64,000 bases of DNA. It comes from an uncultured Chthonomonadaceae bacterium (GTDB lineage: Bacteria; Armatimonadota; Chthonomonadetes; Chthonomonadales; Chthonomonadaceae). The notes below the pieces were generated by a model that worked only from the letters and a program-made list of their open reading frames with translations, was not told the DNA's origin and ran no database searches. Positions 43,570 to 53,775 of the stretch are shown here, in pieces (the first letter of the stretch is position 1; the number at the start of each line of letters is the position of its first letter). Location: contig CAWFQB010000004.1 in assembly GCA_963817895.1 (NCBI GenBank), positions 256,001 through 320,000 on the forward strand, written 5' to 3'. The translations under genes and the position numbers were made by a program.

Positions 43570-43917
43570 TTGGAGGACACGATGGATGAAGCTATAAGAA
43601 AATTAGCCGCTATAGGTTTGCCCGCAGTTATATTGTTGATTGCTATGGCGACGACAGGGCTTGCTGGAGCGGCTGCGATAACAGCCGCACTAGCCATGCT
43701 CGGGCCTGGCGGAATGCTTGGGGGCATTCTCCTTCTCGGTATCATCGGTATAGCGGCTGATGTACTAGCAAAGTACGGAATTGACAAGGCTCTAACAATG
43801 ATTTACGAGACGCGCAAAGAAAAAGGAGAAGCAGTAGAAGCACTGTGCAAAGAGGTTAAAAAACTGCCTATTTCCACAGACCTCAAACGCAAACTTACGG
43901 ATGTGATTAAAGGTTAA
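43570..43917 (+). CDS. Small glycine-zipper membrane protein, low GC; ATG start likely 43582
   Basis: TGLAGAAAITAALAMLGPGGMLGG; SD ggagg. Confidence 0.7.
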   Translation: MEDTMDEAIRKLAAIGLPAVILLIAMATTGLAGAAAITAALAMLGPGGMLGGILLLGIIGIAADVLAKYGIDKALTMIYETRKEKGEAVEALCKEVKKLPISTDLKRKLTDVIKG

Positions 43918-44115
43918 TCCTCCTTTTATCGATCTGACTGAATCGAAATTATGCTAAAATATATCAAATGTAAATTTATATAATAATATTAAATTATATA
44001 AATAATTTTTTAAATAAATAGAACAACTGAATCCTAGTTCAACTAAGTACACTGGAGTTGTTGATGAATTCGAAGTCAAGTTACATTTTTACGAAACGTT
44101 GAGCGGTTAGACAAA

Positions 44116-44730
44116 ATGAATTTACTGAACAACCTAAGTACGGCTCAATGGTTGGTTGCGGCAAAAACTTTCGGCAACAACCATGCTACTCTCATTGGTC
44201 TTATGGTCAATTGGTGGATTACTGCCGCCTCTGAAACGCATTGGGTTTTAGAGAGTGGCCCCTCGTTTGGTTATCGGCCAAATGGTGAAGGCGGTGGACT
44301 TTGTGACGCTTTATTGTGTGAAGGCAACAGCGTACTTGGAGTGCTTGAGGTGGAAGGTACACGCGGCAAGTATACTGCTGAGAAGATTGGCTATTTTTTC
44401 GCGGCTGAACTAGAACACTATACAACACTAAAATTTGCTATACTTTTGTTATACTCCTACAGCCCGACAGGAAAAGGAGTAAGCAGAACTATGCAGCCTG
44501 CGCGTAACCCCGAAACATTCGATGAAGTATGTCGTGTGTCTGCGTTGTATCCAGAAAAGTCAATAGTCGTCATTACAATTGACAAAATTTATGAACGTCC
44601 TACCGAAGGCATCCGCAAGCGTAGTGAATACTATTTCAGTAAACCTAGTGTAATAACTGGTTACCTCTTCCAGCAAGGTCAAGAAGTGGACTCCCGTGTG
44701 CTATACGACATGCAAAGTAGAGCAGCCTAA
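44116..44730 (+). CDS. Hypothetical protein, possible PD-(D/E)xK-like fold
   Basis: 204 aa low-GC ORF; CDALL...LEVE. Confidence 0.6.
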   Translation: MNLLNNLSTAQWLVAAKTFGNNHATLIGLMVNWWITAASETHWVLESGPSFGYRPNGEGGGLCDALLCEGNSVLGVLEVEGTRGKYTAEKIGYFFAAELEHYTTLKFAILLLYSYSPTGKGVSRTMQPARNPETFDEVCRVSALYPEKSIVVITIDKIYERPTEGIRKRSEYYFSKPSVITGYLFQQGQEVDSRVLYDMQSRAA

Positions 44731-44817
44731 CCCTCATCTAGCACTTGGTATTCCATCAAGGTAGAATGGCAGGTACATAGTAAGGGTTCTGCTTACTGAA
44801 CGCTGCAAAGGAACGGT

Positions 44818-45219
44818 ATGACGACGCTTTCGATAAAGACAAAAGTGACGGTAGACGACTTTGTTGAGGCGGCGGAGCAACTCCCAAACGCCGAATTGGA
44901 ACAACTGGCCCACCGCCTGCTGCACATTCAGGCGCGTCGGAAAGCCCCGCATCTGTCTCAGCGAGAAGCGGAACTTCTTGAAGGGATTGCGCAATCCGGC
45001 ACATTTCCTAAACAGGCCAGATACCACTACCTGAACAAAGAGTTAGAACACCGTCTCCTGACATACGACGAGCAAAACGAATTGCGTGAACTTATCGTGC
45101 TGTCCGAATCCCATACTGCTCAACGTCTTGCCCTGCTTGTCGAACTCTCGCAACTACGCTAAGTTCCCCTTCCTTCCCTGATGAAACAACTCCAAATCAA
45201 GGCTCCCGGCGTTATATAA
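44818..45219 (+). pseudogene. Antitoxin-like helical protein with an in-frame TAA at 45160
   Basis: ARRKAPHLSQREAELL...RLALLVELSQLR*VPLPSLMKQLQI. Confidence 0.6.
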
Positions 45220-45658
45220 ATATGTGTCGAAGGACTCCGCTCTGGCTGGTATCTATTCTCTATGCTGTTAATGCTGTTCCGCTTTACAGTTGCTTCTCCC
45301 CGCAAGGGAGAAGGCTGATTTGCGCATCCGAACGCGTTGGTTATAGGTTCGCTTCAGGCGTAGGACTTGCTTGTTGATTCCTCCATTCCCTGTTCAATGG
45401 GCGGCTAAACAGGAAACAGAGGCAACCAATGGAAAATCTACACGCCTGAACAAACCCCATCATCAGCGCACTCAACTCCCAATTAAGCCTTCTCCCTAGC
45501 AGGGAGAAGGTGGGCGAAGCCCGGATGAGGGTAGAAACCCCCAATTATTTTCAAAAAACTTCTTGGAGATACTTCTAAAACAGTGGACCAATGTTAATAT
45601 ACAGGGTGCGTAAAAACTGAATACCGCCCCCAGTAACAAGGAAGGGAGGTGCAAAAAG

Positions 45659-45685
45659 ATGCCGGTTCACATCCGAGCGCCTTAA
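45659..45685 (+). CDS. 8-codon mini-ORF MPVHIRAP* (copy 2)
   Basis: GGAGGTG SD 7 nt upstream; paralog of 23156-23182. Confidence 0.7.
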   Translation: MPVHIRAP

Positions 45686-45692
45686 CCATTAC

Positions 45693-45800
45693 AGAGGCCA
45701 TGAACGTCTCTTCTTAAAAATTTGACACAACGAGACAGAGTGCTGAAAGCGCTGCATTGCCACTATTTCGACGCTGTCTCTACATATTGCCCTCTTTTTC
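45693..45800 (+). ncRNA. Conserved structured 3' RNA segment (copy 2)
   Basis: gagacag/ctgtctc stem, agtgct-gaa-agcgct hairpin. Confidence 0.55.
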
Positions 45801-45882
45801 CATTTAGAGGCGCTGGCCCTGTTGCAGGGTACACTAAAACATTGTGGTTGGGCACTGCTATGAAATCACGAAATGAGACGAT

Positions 45883-46379
45883 ATGAAAGCGTTATTGCGA
45901 GACGGAGAAGAGATTGAGATATGCAGTCGTGGGCATCATTGGCTCGTGTCATGGCATCCGCCCGACGTTGCGCCTGTTGGCAGGCCGGATGGGGCTGCCG
46001 GGATTTGTGTGAACCGGGACGGCGAAGTGGTCATTATCTCTACGGATGAAATCTTATGGGACTTTCCTGCCGGGCAGGCCCGAAGGCGACGAAGATTGGG
46101 AACAGACGTTGTGCCGGGAGATGCTTGAGGAGGCTTGCGCCATCGTTACTGAGGCGCGGCTGCTTGGCTATTGCGCGGGGACGCCGGGTGGAGGGCGCGG
46201 AAATCGGTGAACCTACTGTCCGCTCTATCTGGCTCGCGCAGGTCGAGGTACTGGAGTGGAACCCGCAGTTTGAGATACGCTTTCGCAGGGTAGTTCCCGC
46301 TTTGGAAGCGATCAAACTTGTGCTGCCGGAATATGAGTTGTTTTGGAAGCGGGCTTTTCACGAGGCAGGCATCGGCTAA
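45883..46379 (+). CDS. NUDIX hydrolase, frameshifted
   Basis: WDFPAG then RPEGDEDWEQTLCREMLEEA Nudix box in another frame. Confidence 0.75.
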
Positions 46380-46407
46380 CAACATCTCGCCCACGCGGGC
46401 GCAAGGA

Positions 46408-47560
46408 TTATACGGAGGGGCGGGGCAACAGGCGGTCGTGGTGGACAAGGGCGGCTTCGCGCTTGCGTCCGCTGCGCTCATACAGGCCGAGCAGGGCGCT
46501 ATACAGGCGGTCAGGCTGACGTCCGCGTTCGCCACAACACAGCGACAGCGCGTTCAGGTACTCGCGTTCGGCTCCCGGCCAGATCGCTTTGGGCCAGCAG
46601 CGCATCACCGAGGGCTTCGCGCACATCGGGGTCATACGGGTCGTCGTGGACAACCACGCGCCACAACGCCTGCGATTTCAAACTCGCGTCGGCGGCGTCG
46701 GCGAATTGCGCCAGCGCGTCTGCGGCAACCTCGTAAATGTCGGCTTCGGGATGGTCGGCTCCCAAATCCCACTCCCAGGTGCGCGTACACAGCGGCAATA
46801 GCGCCTGCGCCACCGTCCACCAGTTTTGGGTGGCCCGCGCGTAATTGCCCCGTTCCCGATGCACGTCCGCTATCAGGTAGGCGGGATCGCCGAACCAGGG
46901 CGCGGCCTCGCTTGCCCGGTAGAAAAAGTCCAGCGCGCGTTCCCCGTCCCCCCGCGCCCGCCGCGCGCAGCCCAGGTGACACAGGCTGGCGGCATCCTGC
47001 GGGTCCAGCAGCAGCAGGCGCTCATGCAGTTCCGTGTCGTTGCGGGGCGTGGTTCCGAACAGCAGTTCGGTGGGCAGATCGAAGGCGCGGGCGAATTCGC
47101 GCTGTTCATCCGTCTCCTGCCAATCCTCAGAAGAGACATCATTCGCGTCCGACTCGTCTTCGGTTTCGTATCGGCCCATCAGGACGCAATGGCGCAGAAA
47201 CGCGGGAAAGTCCGACGCAACGGGGCGAAGCGTCATTTCGTCCTCATCCCAGTACAAAACGGGCCATCTGCCGGACAGGGTTTCGGGCGTGACGTAAAAG
47301 CCATACGTGCCGCCATCCCCAACCCCGCGCCCGAACGGCAGGTATTGCGGCAGCAGCCCGAAATCACGCCCCGCGCCCTGCGCTATCGCATCCAGCGCGA
47401 AGAACTCGCACGGCGCGAGAAACGGGTGGGGCGCATGGGCGTACAGTTTGCGAAAGGCGGCGGGCGGACGCGCCTGCCAGAACCGCTCGACCGCGCGCAA
47501 GCCGTCCGCAACCTCTCCCTGCTGCTCATATTCGCTTTTTCCGTATTCACTCTGGCTCAT
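46408..47560 (-). CDS. SMI1/KNR4-like N-terminus plus TPR protein, frameshift near the 3' end
   Basis: LPFG..GDGGTYGFY...PVLYWDED...VASDF; TPR-like helices. Confidence 0.65.
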
Positions 47561-47773
47561 AAGGCTTCTACCCTGAAAATAGCCCTCAACCCCCTTACAC
47601 TCAACATTGTCTGGAGAAGGGGAGCCGCTTGCCAGGGGTTGAAAACCCCTGTCTTGATGGCCTGCGGCCAAGCGTCCTACGTACGCAAATGCTTATTTAA
47701 CAGATAGTGAAATCAAGGCTAATTTGTAATCCTGTTCATCCTGTTCATCCTGTCTAATTCCTCACGCTTCTTT

Positions 47774-48708
47774 TCAGGGAGCCGGGGCAGCCGGGGTTGG
47801 GCGGGGCGTTTTGTCAGGGTCATGCGTGGGCGCGTCCGGGGCTTCGCCCGCGTGAACATCGCATTGTCTGCGGCAGGTCGGGCTTGCCCGCTTCCAGCCA
47901 GGCCGAGTACCACAGCGACGCCAAATCCTGCCCGCTGGCTTCCAATCGCTGAACCGCAATGGAGCGCGTCTTGCTGCCGAACAGCGTGTAGTAGCTGTCG
48001 CCGTACGCGCTGTCCTGCGCCGCCGCCTCTTTGTCGGCGTCCAGAATGTTTTTCGTCACATGCAGGCTGTCATGCGCCCACTCGAAAGCCGCTTTGACGG
48101 GGCTGGCAATACGATGCGCCGTATGGGTTTTCAGGTCCTCGAACGTGATCTGCTTTTCCACCATCACGCTTTCAAACCGCGCATGAATGCCTTTCTGCCC
48201 GGTCAACTGCCCGTCGTAATTGGCGACCGCGTGGAACGGAACATGAACGTCGGCGGCGTAATGTCCCAGCCATGCGGACGGTTTCGATAATGGCGCGGGC
48301 GTCTTTGGCTTTGAAGGCCCGCACCAGTTTGCCGTAATACTGCTCGATGCGCCAGGGAACCAGCCCGTTTTTATCCACTTCGGCTTTGCCGTACAGGCCA
48401 CACGCCAGCCAGTAGTCCTGCGGATAGTGTTCGGCCACGTCCGCGCCCCACGTATCCATGTCAATGAAGTGGTTGGGGCCTTCCGCGCGATCCCCGTTGC
48501 GCCAGTTGTCAGGGTCAACGGAGTGCTGCACGATCCAGTCCCGATTGGCGGCGTACAGGGGCTGTAATTCGGCAGGCAGGTCAGCGACGGCAAGGCGATT
48601 GGCATAGCGGTGTCCGACAACGCCCCACGCAAGCGCGGCATGGGGCGCGGCCAAAGCCGCAAGCAGGGAAAGGCCAAGAGCAATACGGGTACGGTTAAAA
48701 CGCTTCAC
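47774..48708 (-). CDS. S1/P1 nuclease / zinc phospholipase C family, frameshifted
   Basis: ALAWGVVGH, HFIDMD, GHYAADVHVPFH, GIHARFE. Confidence 0.85.
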
Positions 48709-49002
48709 GAGACAACTTCCTATTCTAAAACTCCGGCAGAACAAAACGCCGGGTGGAAAATGCGCTACAGATTTCAGTTCAGGTAAGTTCAGTATACCCA
48801 CACGGCAGAAAGCAATACAAGCCAGAAGAGGGGTTAAATTTCCCGACACCCGGCAGGGCGATTTATCCCCGCGTCTGTGATTTTGTGTCATAATGAGGGT
48901 GACTTGTTCCCCTTTCTATCGAAACACCCACTGTCGCGTGTCTCACCGATTTTCATGGCGGCTCTGTTCTTTCCGGCATTGTGTAAACAGGAGGTACTAT
49001 TC

Positions 49003-50993
49003 ATGTTTCGACTATCTCGTGGCGCGGGCCTGTGCCTGCTCCTGCCGCTCGCGCTATTGCCCAATCTGGCGCTCGCGCAGCAAACCCCGGACACATCGGG
49101 CGATGTGATCGCGCGCATCAAAGACGAGGGGCTGAACCACTCGCAGGTGATGCAGACGCTCAGTTACTTGATCGGATGTGATCGGGCCGCGCCTGACCGG
49201 TTCGCCGAGCATGAAGCGGGCCAATGAGTGGACGCGCGACACGCTGACCGAGTGGGGTCTGCAAAACGCGCATCTGGAAGCGTGGGGGCCGTTCGGCAAG
49301 GGCTGGGAACTGGAACGGTTTTCCGCGCAGGTCACCTCCCCGCAAACCATTCCGCTGATCGCGTTCCCCAAAGCCTGGTCGCCCGGTATCAAAGGGGCGC
49401 ATGTCGCCGATGTGGTGTATCTGGACGCCAAAACCCCGGAAGATTTGGACAAGTACAAAGGCAAACTGAAAGGCGCGATTGTGCTTGTCGCGCCAATCCG
49501 CGACCTTCCGGCGCATTTCACCTCGCCCGGTTCGCGCTACACGGACGAAGAGCTTGCAAACGATGGAAAACGCGACGGCTGCTGCCGGTGGCCGACGCGC
49601 CAATGGGGGTGGGGGCGGTGGACAGGGTAGGGCGGGCGGCGCGGGCGGTGGCGTGGCTGGTCAGCCGCCTGCCGGTGGTACTCCCGCAGGTGGGCCCGCC
49701 CAATGGCGCTCCGAACCCGAATGGCGGCAGACCGGGCGCAGGCGGTTTCCCCGGCGGCTTGCCCCCGGCGGCGCGGCAGCAGGCCGCGCTTGCGTCGCGC
49801 CGACTGCAATTCTGTCTGGATGAGGGCGCGATTCTGCTGGTAGACCCCGGCACGCGGGGCGATGGCGGCACGCTGTTTGTGCAGCAGGCGACGGTTCCGC
49901 AGCCCATTCCGCCCACTCCACCGGCAACGCCGACAACTCCGCCCGCGGACGGCGCCGGTTCGCCGGCTCAACCCGGCGCGACGGCACGGTACGCCCGGCA
50001 GGCACGCCCGGAGCCGCGCGGGGGACAGGCGCGCGGCGGCGAACGGCAGCCGTGACTCGCGTATCCCCGTGGGACAAAGACGCGCCCCGCACCGTGCCGC
50101 AAATCGTGGTTGCGGCAGAACAGTACAACCGCATGGTACGCATGATTCAGCAGGGCGAAAAGCTGAAAATGGCCGTTGATCTGGACGTGAAGTTCTACGA
50201 CAAAGACCTGATGGCCTACAACACGGTTGCCGAAATTCCCGGTTCCGACCTCAAAGACCAACTCGTCATGCTCGGCGGACACATGGACTCGTGGCATAGC
50301 GGCACGGGCGCGACGGACAACGGCGCGGGCGTAGCCGTGTGCATGGAGGCCGTTCGCATTTTGAAAGCGCTCAAATTGCAGCCCCGCCGCACGATTCGCG
50401 TCGCGCTGTGGAGCGGCGAGGAGGAGGGCCTGTACGGTTCCACTGCCTACGTCAAGGAGCATTTCGCGTCTCGCGCCCGTCCCGCGAATGGGGCCGCCGG
50501 AGCGCCCGGAGCGTTCGGCGGCCCGGGCGGAGCCAATCTCGGCCCGCTGGAAACCAAACCGGAATACGATAAACTGTCCGGGTACTTCAATCTGGACAAC
50601 GGCACGGGCAAAATACGCGGAATTTACGCGCAGGGAAACGAGGCCATTCGCCCCCTCTTCCACGAGTGGCTGACGCCGTTTAAGGATATGGGCGCGTCCA
50701 CTGTGACCATTCGCAACACGGGCAGCACGGATCACGCCTCTTTTGACGGCGTGGGATTGCCGGGTTTCCAGTTTATTCAGGACACGGTTGAGTACGACAC
50801 GCGCACCCACCATTCCAATCAGGACGTGTACGACCGTATCCAGGCGGATGATATGAAGCAGGCTGCTGTCATCATGGCCGCGTTCGTGTACAACACGGCC
50901 ATGCGCGACGAAAAACTGCCCCGCAAGCCGCAGCCCACGCCGACACCGGCGGCAGGCGCGACAACGGCAGCGGCCACTCCCGCCGCGCGCTGA
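49003..50993 (+). CDS. M28 family peptidase, several frameshifts
   Basis: [32 protein letters not shown]. Confidence 0.88.
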
Positions 50994-51690
50994 TGTTCGC
51001 GCAGGCGCAAAAATCTGAAACACCCCTCAATTTTTCGCCCCTCTTTCACAGCCTGTTGGAAGAGGGGCGGAAGATTGAGGGGTGTTTTTACACCTCCACA
51101 AGTCTCTTAATTCGTTGGCTCCGAAGAAAGAGATAGAAAAAGTTTCCTCTTTCAGCCATCCCCTTAGCGGCTCCCGCAAACGTCTATATAGAACGCGCAG
51201 AAGAGACAGCATGGCTAAACTGCCGGTTTTTGAACTGTACTCTATTGTTTGGCACAAAACTTGCATCATAGACATAGACATACATCATAAACTAAGAGAA
51301 GCGCGCGGACGCTTGCCGCGCGCCCAATGAAAACTCCACACGTCAGGAAACACCATTATGCGTTTTATTTCAGGCGGTCTCTCATTTCCGCGCTCACGCC
51401 ATTGTATCTGCTGTTCTACGGCGTTTATTGCTCGACAAACGCGCGATTTGCACTGTTCGCCGGAATGTTGGAACCGCTGGAACCAACGCCTGCAAACTAT
51501 GCTACAGTTGTCGCCGCAGCAAAGGGACATGCGCAAAAACGACTTGCCCGCGCTCAGGCGCTATTCGCCGTCATTAACGTCTCTTTGGACAATTAAAATG
51601 GGCGGTTATAGAGACGAAGATTCGCTTTCGCTTTAGACTATCAGCGGCAAACGGACGCGGCACGAAAACCTAAAGGAAAGGCAGAGAAAA

Positions 51691-52254
51691 ATGCAAAGAA
51701 CAATATCACCGGCAGAGGCAAGCGTACTGTTTATTGCTGACAACTCCGTCTTCAGCAATATTGCTTCGCGTTGCGTTGCTGAAGCCTTTGGCAATGTTAC
51801 CACTGTCTTCTATGAACGCGGCGATTATCCTAAACCGGAACTCAACGGATGGGAGGGCGATTGGATCATCAGTTTCAAGTCGGATTTGATTTTGCCTAAG
51901 CGGATTTTGAAGCGGGCAACATGTGGCAGCATCAATATTCATCCCGCCCCGCCGAAATACCGGGGCGTCGGAGGCTATATATGGGCGCTGCGGAACCGTG
52001 ATGAGCGGTACGGCATTACCTGCCACCAGATGGTGGAAAGACTGGATGCCGGGTCTATCATTTGTGTCCGCTATTTTCCGATTTTGCCCTGCGAATGTTC
52101 TACCAGCCTGAAAATGCGGGCGGGAATTTACTGCCTGCAAGTGCTGAATGACCTGTTGCCCCTGCTGATCGCGAATCGCGAACTCCCGACATCCGATGAA
52201 GTTTGGAGCGAAAGGTTGTACACCTATCGCGACCTGGATCAAATCACCAACTGA
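51691..52254 (+). CDS. Formyltransferase family protein (N-terminal domain only)
   Basis: INIHPAPPKYRG, GITCH, LDAG.II. Confidence 0.8.
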   Translation: MQRTISPAEASVLFIADNSVFSNIASRCVAEAFGNVTTVFYERGDYPKPELNGWEGDWIISFKSDLILPKRILKRATCGSINIHPAPPKYRGVGGYIWALRNRDERYGITCHQMVERLDAGSIICVRYFPILPCECSTSLKMRAGIYCLQVLNDLLPLLIANRELPTSDEVWSERLYTYRDLDQITN

Positions 52255-52289
52255 AAGGGCGCGTAGAACGAAACTTACGCGCCCTTTCA
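52252..52289 (+). terminator. Hairpin at the formyltransferase stop
   Basis: tgaaagggcgcgta...tacgcgccctttca. Confidence 0.6.
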
Positions 52290-52458
52290 ATTAAGAGCAA
52301 TACCGTTCAATAAGCGTTTGTAGGGACACAACTTGTTGTGTCCGCATTGTCCGTCGTGTCCGCATTGCGCCATGACGGAGAAGGACACAACAAGTTGTGT
52401 CCCTACATGGTTTCTTTCGAGGTGAAAAACGCCTTATTTGAACGGTGCAATTAAGAGC
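52288..52458. mobile_element. MITE/REPIN-like element containing a GTAG-type REP doublet
   Basis: 11 bp direct repeat caattaagagc; IRs accgttcaataag / cttatttgaacggt; left half recurs at 7047-7093. Confidence 0.6.
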
Positions 52459-52530
52459 CTATCTCGATAGGTTCCCCTTCTCCCAAAGTTGGGAGAAGGG
52501 GTCAGGGTTGAGGGCCAATTGGGGTAGGCT

Positions 52531-53703
52531 CTAAGCCGGTTGAAGTAATGCCTGATTTTTGTTGGTGGCTCCGCCCAAAATGTCTGCTATCTTCGCCTGC
52601 TGACGGTGGAGTTCGTCCAGAAGTGGCGCGTAAACCGGGCGTCGTCCCTGATTATCCGCCTCGCCCCACAGTCCCATGAGCATCGGTTCGCCGCTCTGCC
52701 ACTCCGGGTAGTCCAGAATGGGATACAGCGTGATGCCTTCCACCTGTACGCCCGCCCGAATCGCGCGAACACACTCCTCCGTAATCTGCGCCAGCCAGGG
52801 CGCGCGCCGGTCTCCCGCTTCTGCGGTTTCGCTGACAAAGAGCGGCCGCTCATAACGCTCCCATACCTCCCGCAAGAGCGAAGCGAATGACCGACGGCGC
52901 GCATCGTCCCCGGCAAGCTCCGGGCCATCGAGAAGAAGCTGGTTGTTGGCGTAGTAGTTGACCCCGATGATGTCGAGAAGGTCGGGACTGCCGCCCAGTT
53001 CCGGTTCTGCGCGACCGGAAAGCATGTCCCATCCCTCATACACGCAAATGTTGCGCTTGCGGGTTTTCTCCTCCTCTTCCGGGCTGTTAGCGACGAGATA
53101 AATCAGAGGATCGGTATGCGCCAGGCGCGCCTGCGGGAGAACCTCGCGAATGGCGCGGCACATCGCCACCGCGCACCGGACAAGCTGCCGCTTGGCTTCG
53201 GGCGCGCGATCTCTGGCAAACGGGTTCATAAGACCCTTGTCGCCGCCCGCCCACGCAAAGTAGTTGATTTCGTTCGCCGGGGCAAGGAAGGGGCGTTCGA
53301 TCCCCGCATCGCGCAGGCAGCGGGCCACCGCCCCGGCATAAGCGCCCGCCCGTTCCACCATCTCTTCCGACCAGAAATCAAGGCCGTCCGGCCAGCCATA
53401 GTGAAACAGGTCCCATATACACGTAATGCCCGTTTCCGCAGCGGCCCGGACGGTGCGGAGCAGTTCCTGCGGCTCGTAGCGTCCGGGCGCAGGTTCAAAC
53501 AGATACCAGCGAACGTTCTCGCGCGCCACGAGCAGCCCCGCGTCGGCAAGGCGTTGGTAGTCCTGAAAAACAAACGTATCGTGCTGAGTGGCGGCAACGG
53601 AGTCTACGCGCTTTCCATCCGGTCTGTGATGATACGCGCTCTCGAAACCCGCCCCGAAAAACGATGGGAATAGCGCCTGTTCGCGCTGCTGTTGTCGTTC
53701 CAA
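52531..53703 (-). CDS. Clan GH-A glycoside hydrolase (beta-glucosidase-like)
   Basis: AGFESA, WDLFHYGWP, NEI, GVNYY, SET. Confidence 0.85.
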   Translation of the reverse strand: MERQQQREQALFPSFFGAGFESAYHHRPDGKRVDSVAATQHDTFVFQDYQRLADAGLLVARENVRWYLFEPAPGRYEPQELLRTVRAAAETGITCIWDLFHYGWPDGLDFWSEEMVERAGAYAGAVARCLRDAGIERPFLAPANEINYFAWAGGDKGLMNPFARDRAPEAKRQLVRCAVAMCRAIREVLPQARLAHTDPLIYLVANSPEEEEKTRKRNICVYEGWDMLSGRAEPELGGSPDLLDIIGVNYYANNQLLLDGPELAGDDARRRSFASLLREVWERYERPLFVSETAEAGDRRAPWLAQITEECVRAIRAGVQVEGITLYPILDYPEWQSGEPMLMGLWGEADNQGRRPVYAPLLDELHRQQAKIADILGGATNKNQALLQPA

Positions 53704-53775
53704 TGGCGCGTTTCCTTTCCATAACCGCTCTGCGCCGGAACGTTTCCGTAACCGCTTTGCGCCGGAACTCTCGCT

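Noticed and set aside
53716..53768. 27 bp tandem duplication as a possible CRISPR
   Set aside because: Two adjacent units with no spacers and no cas genes.
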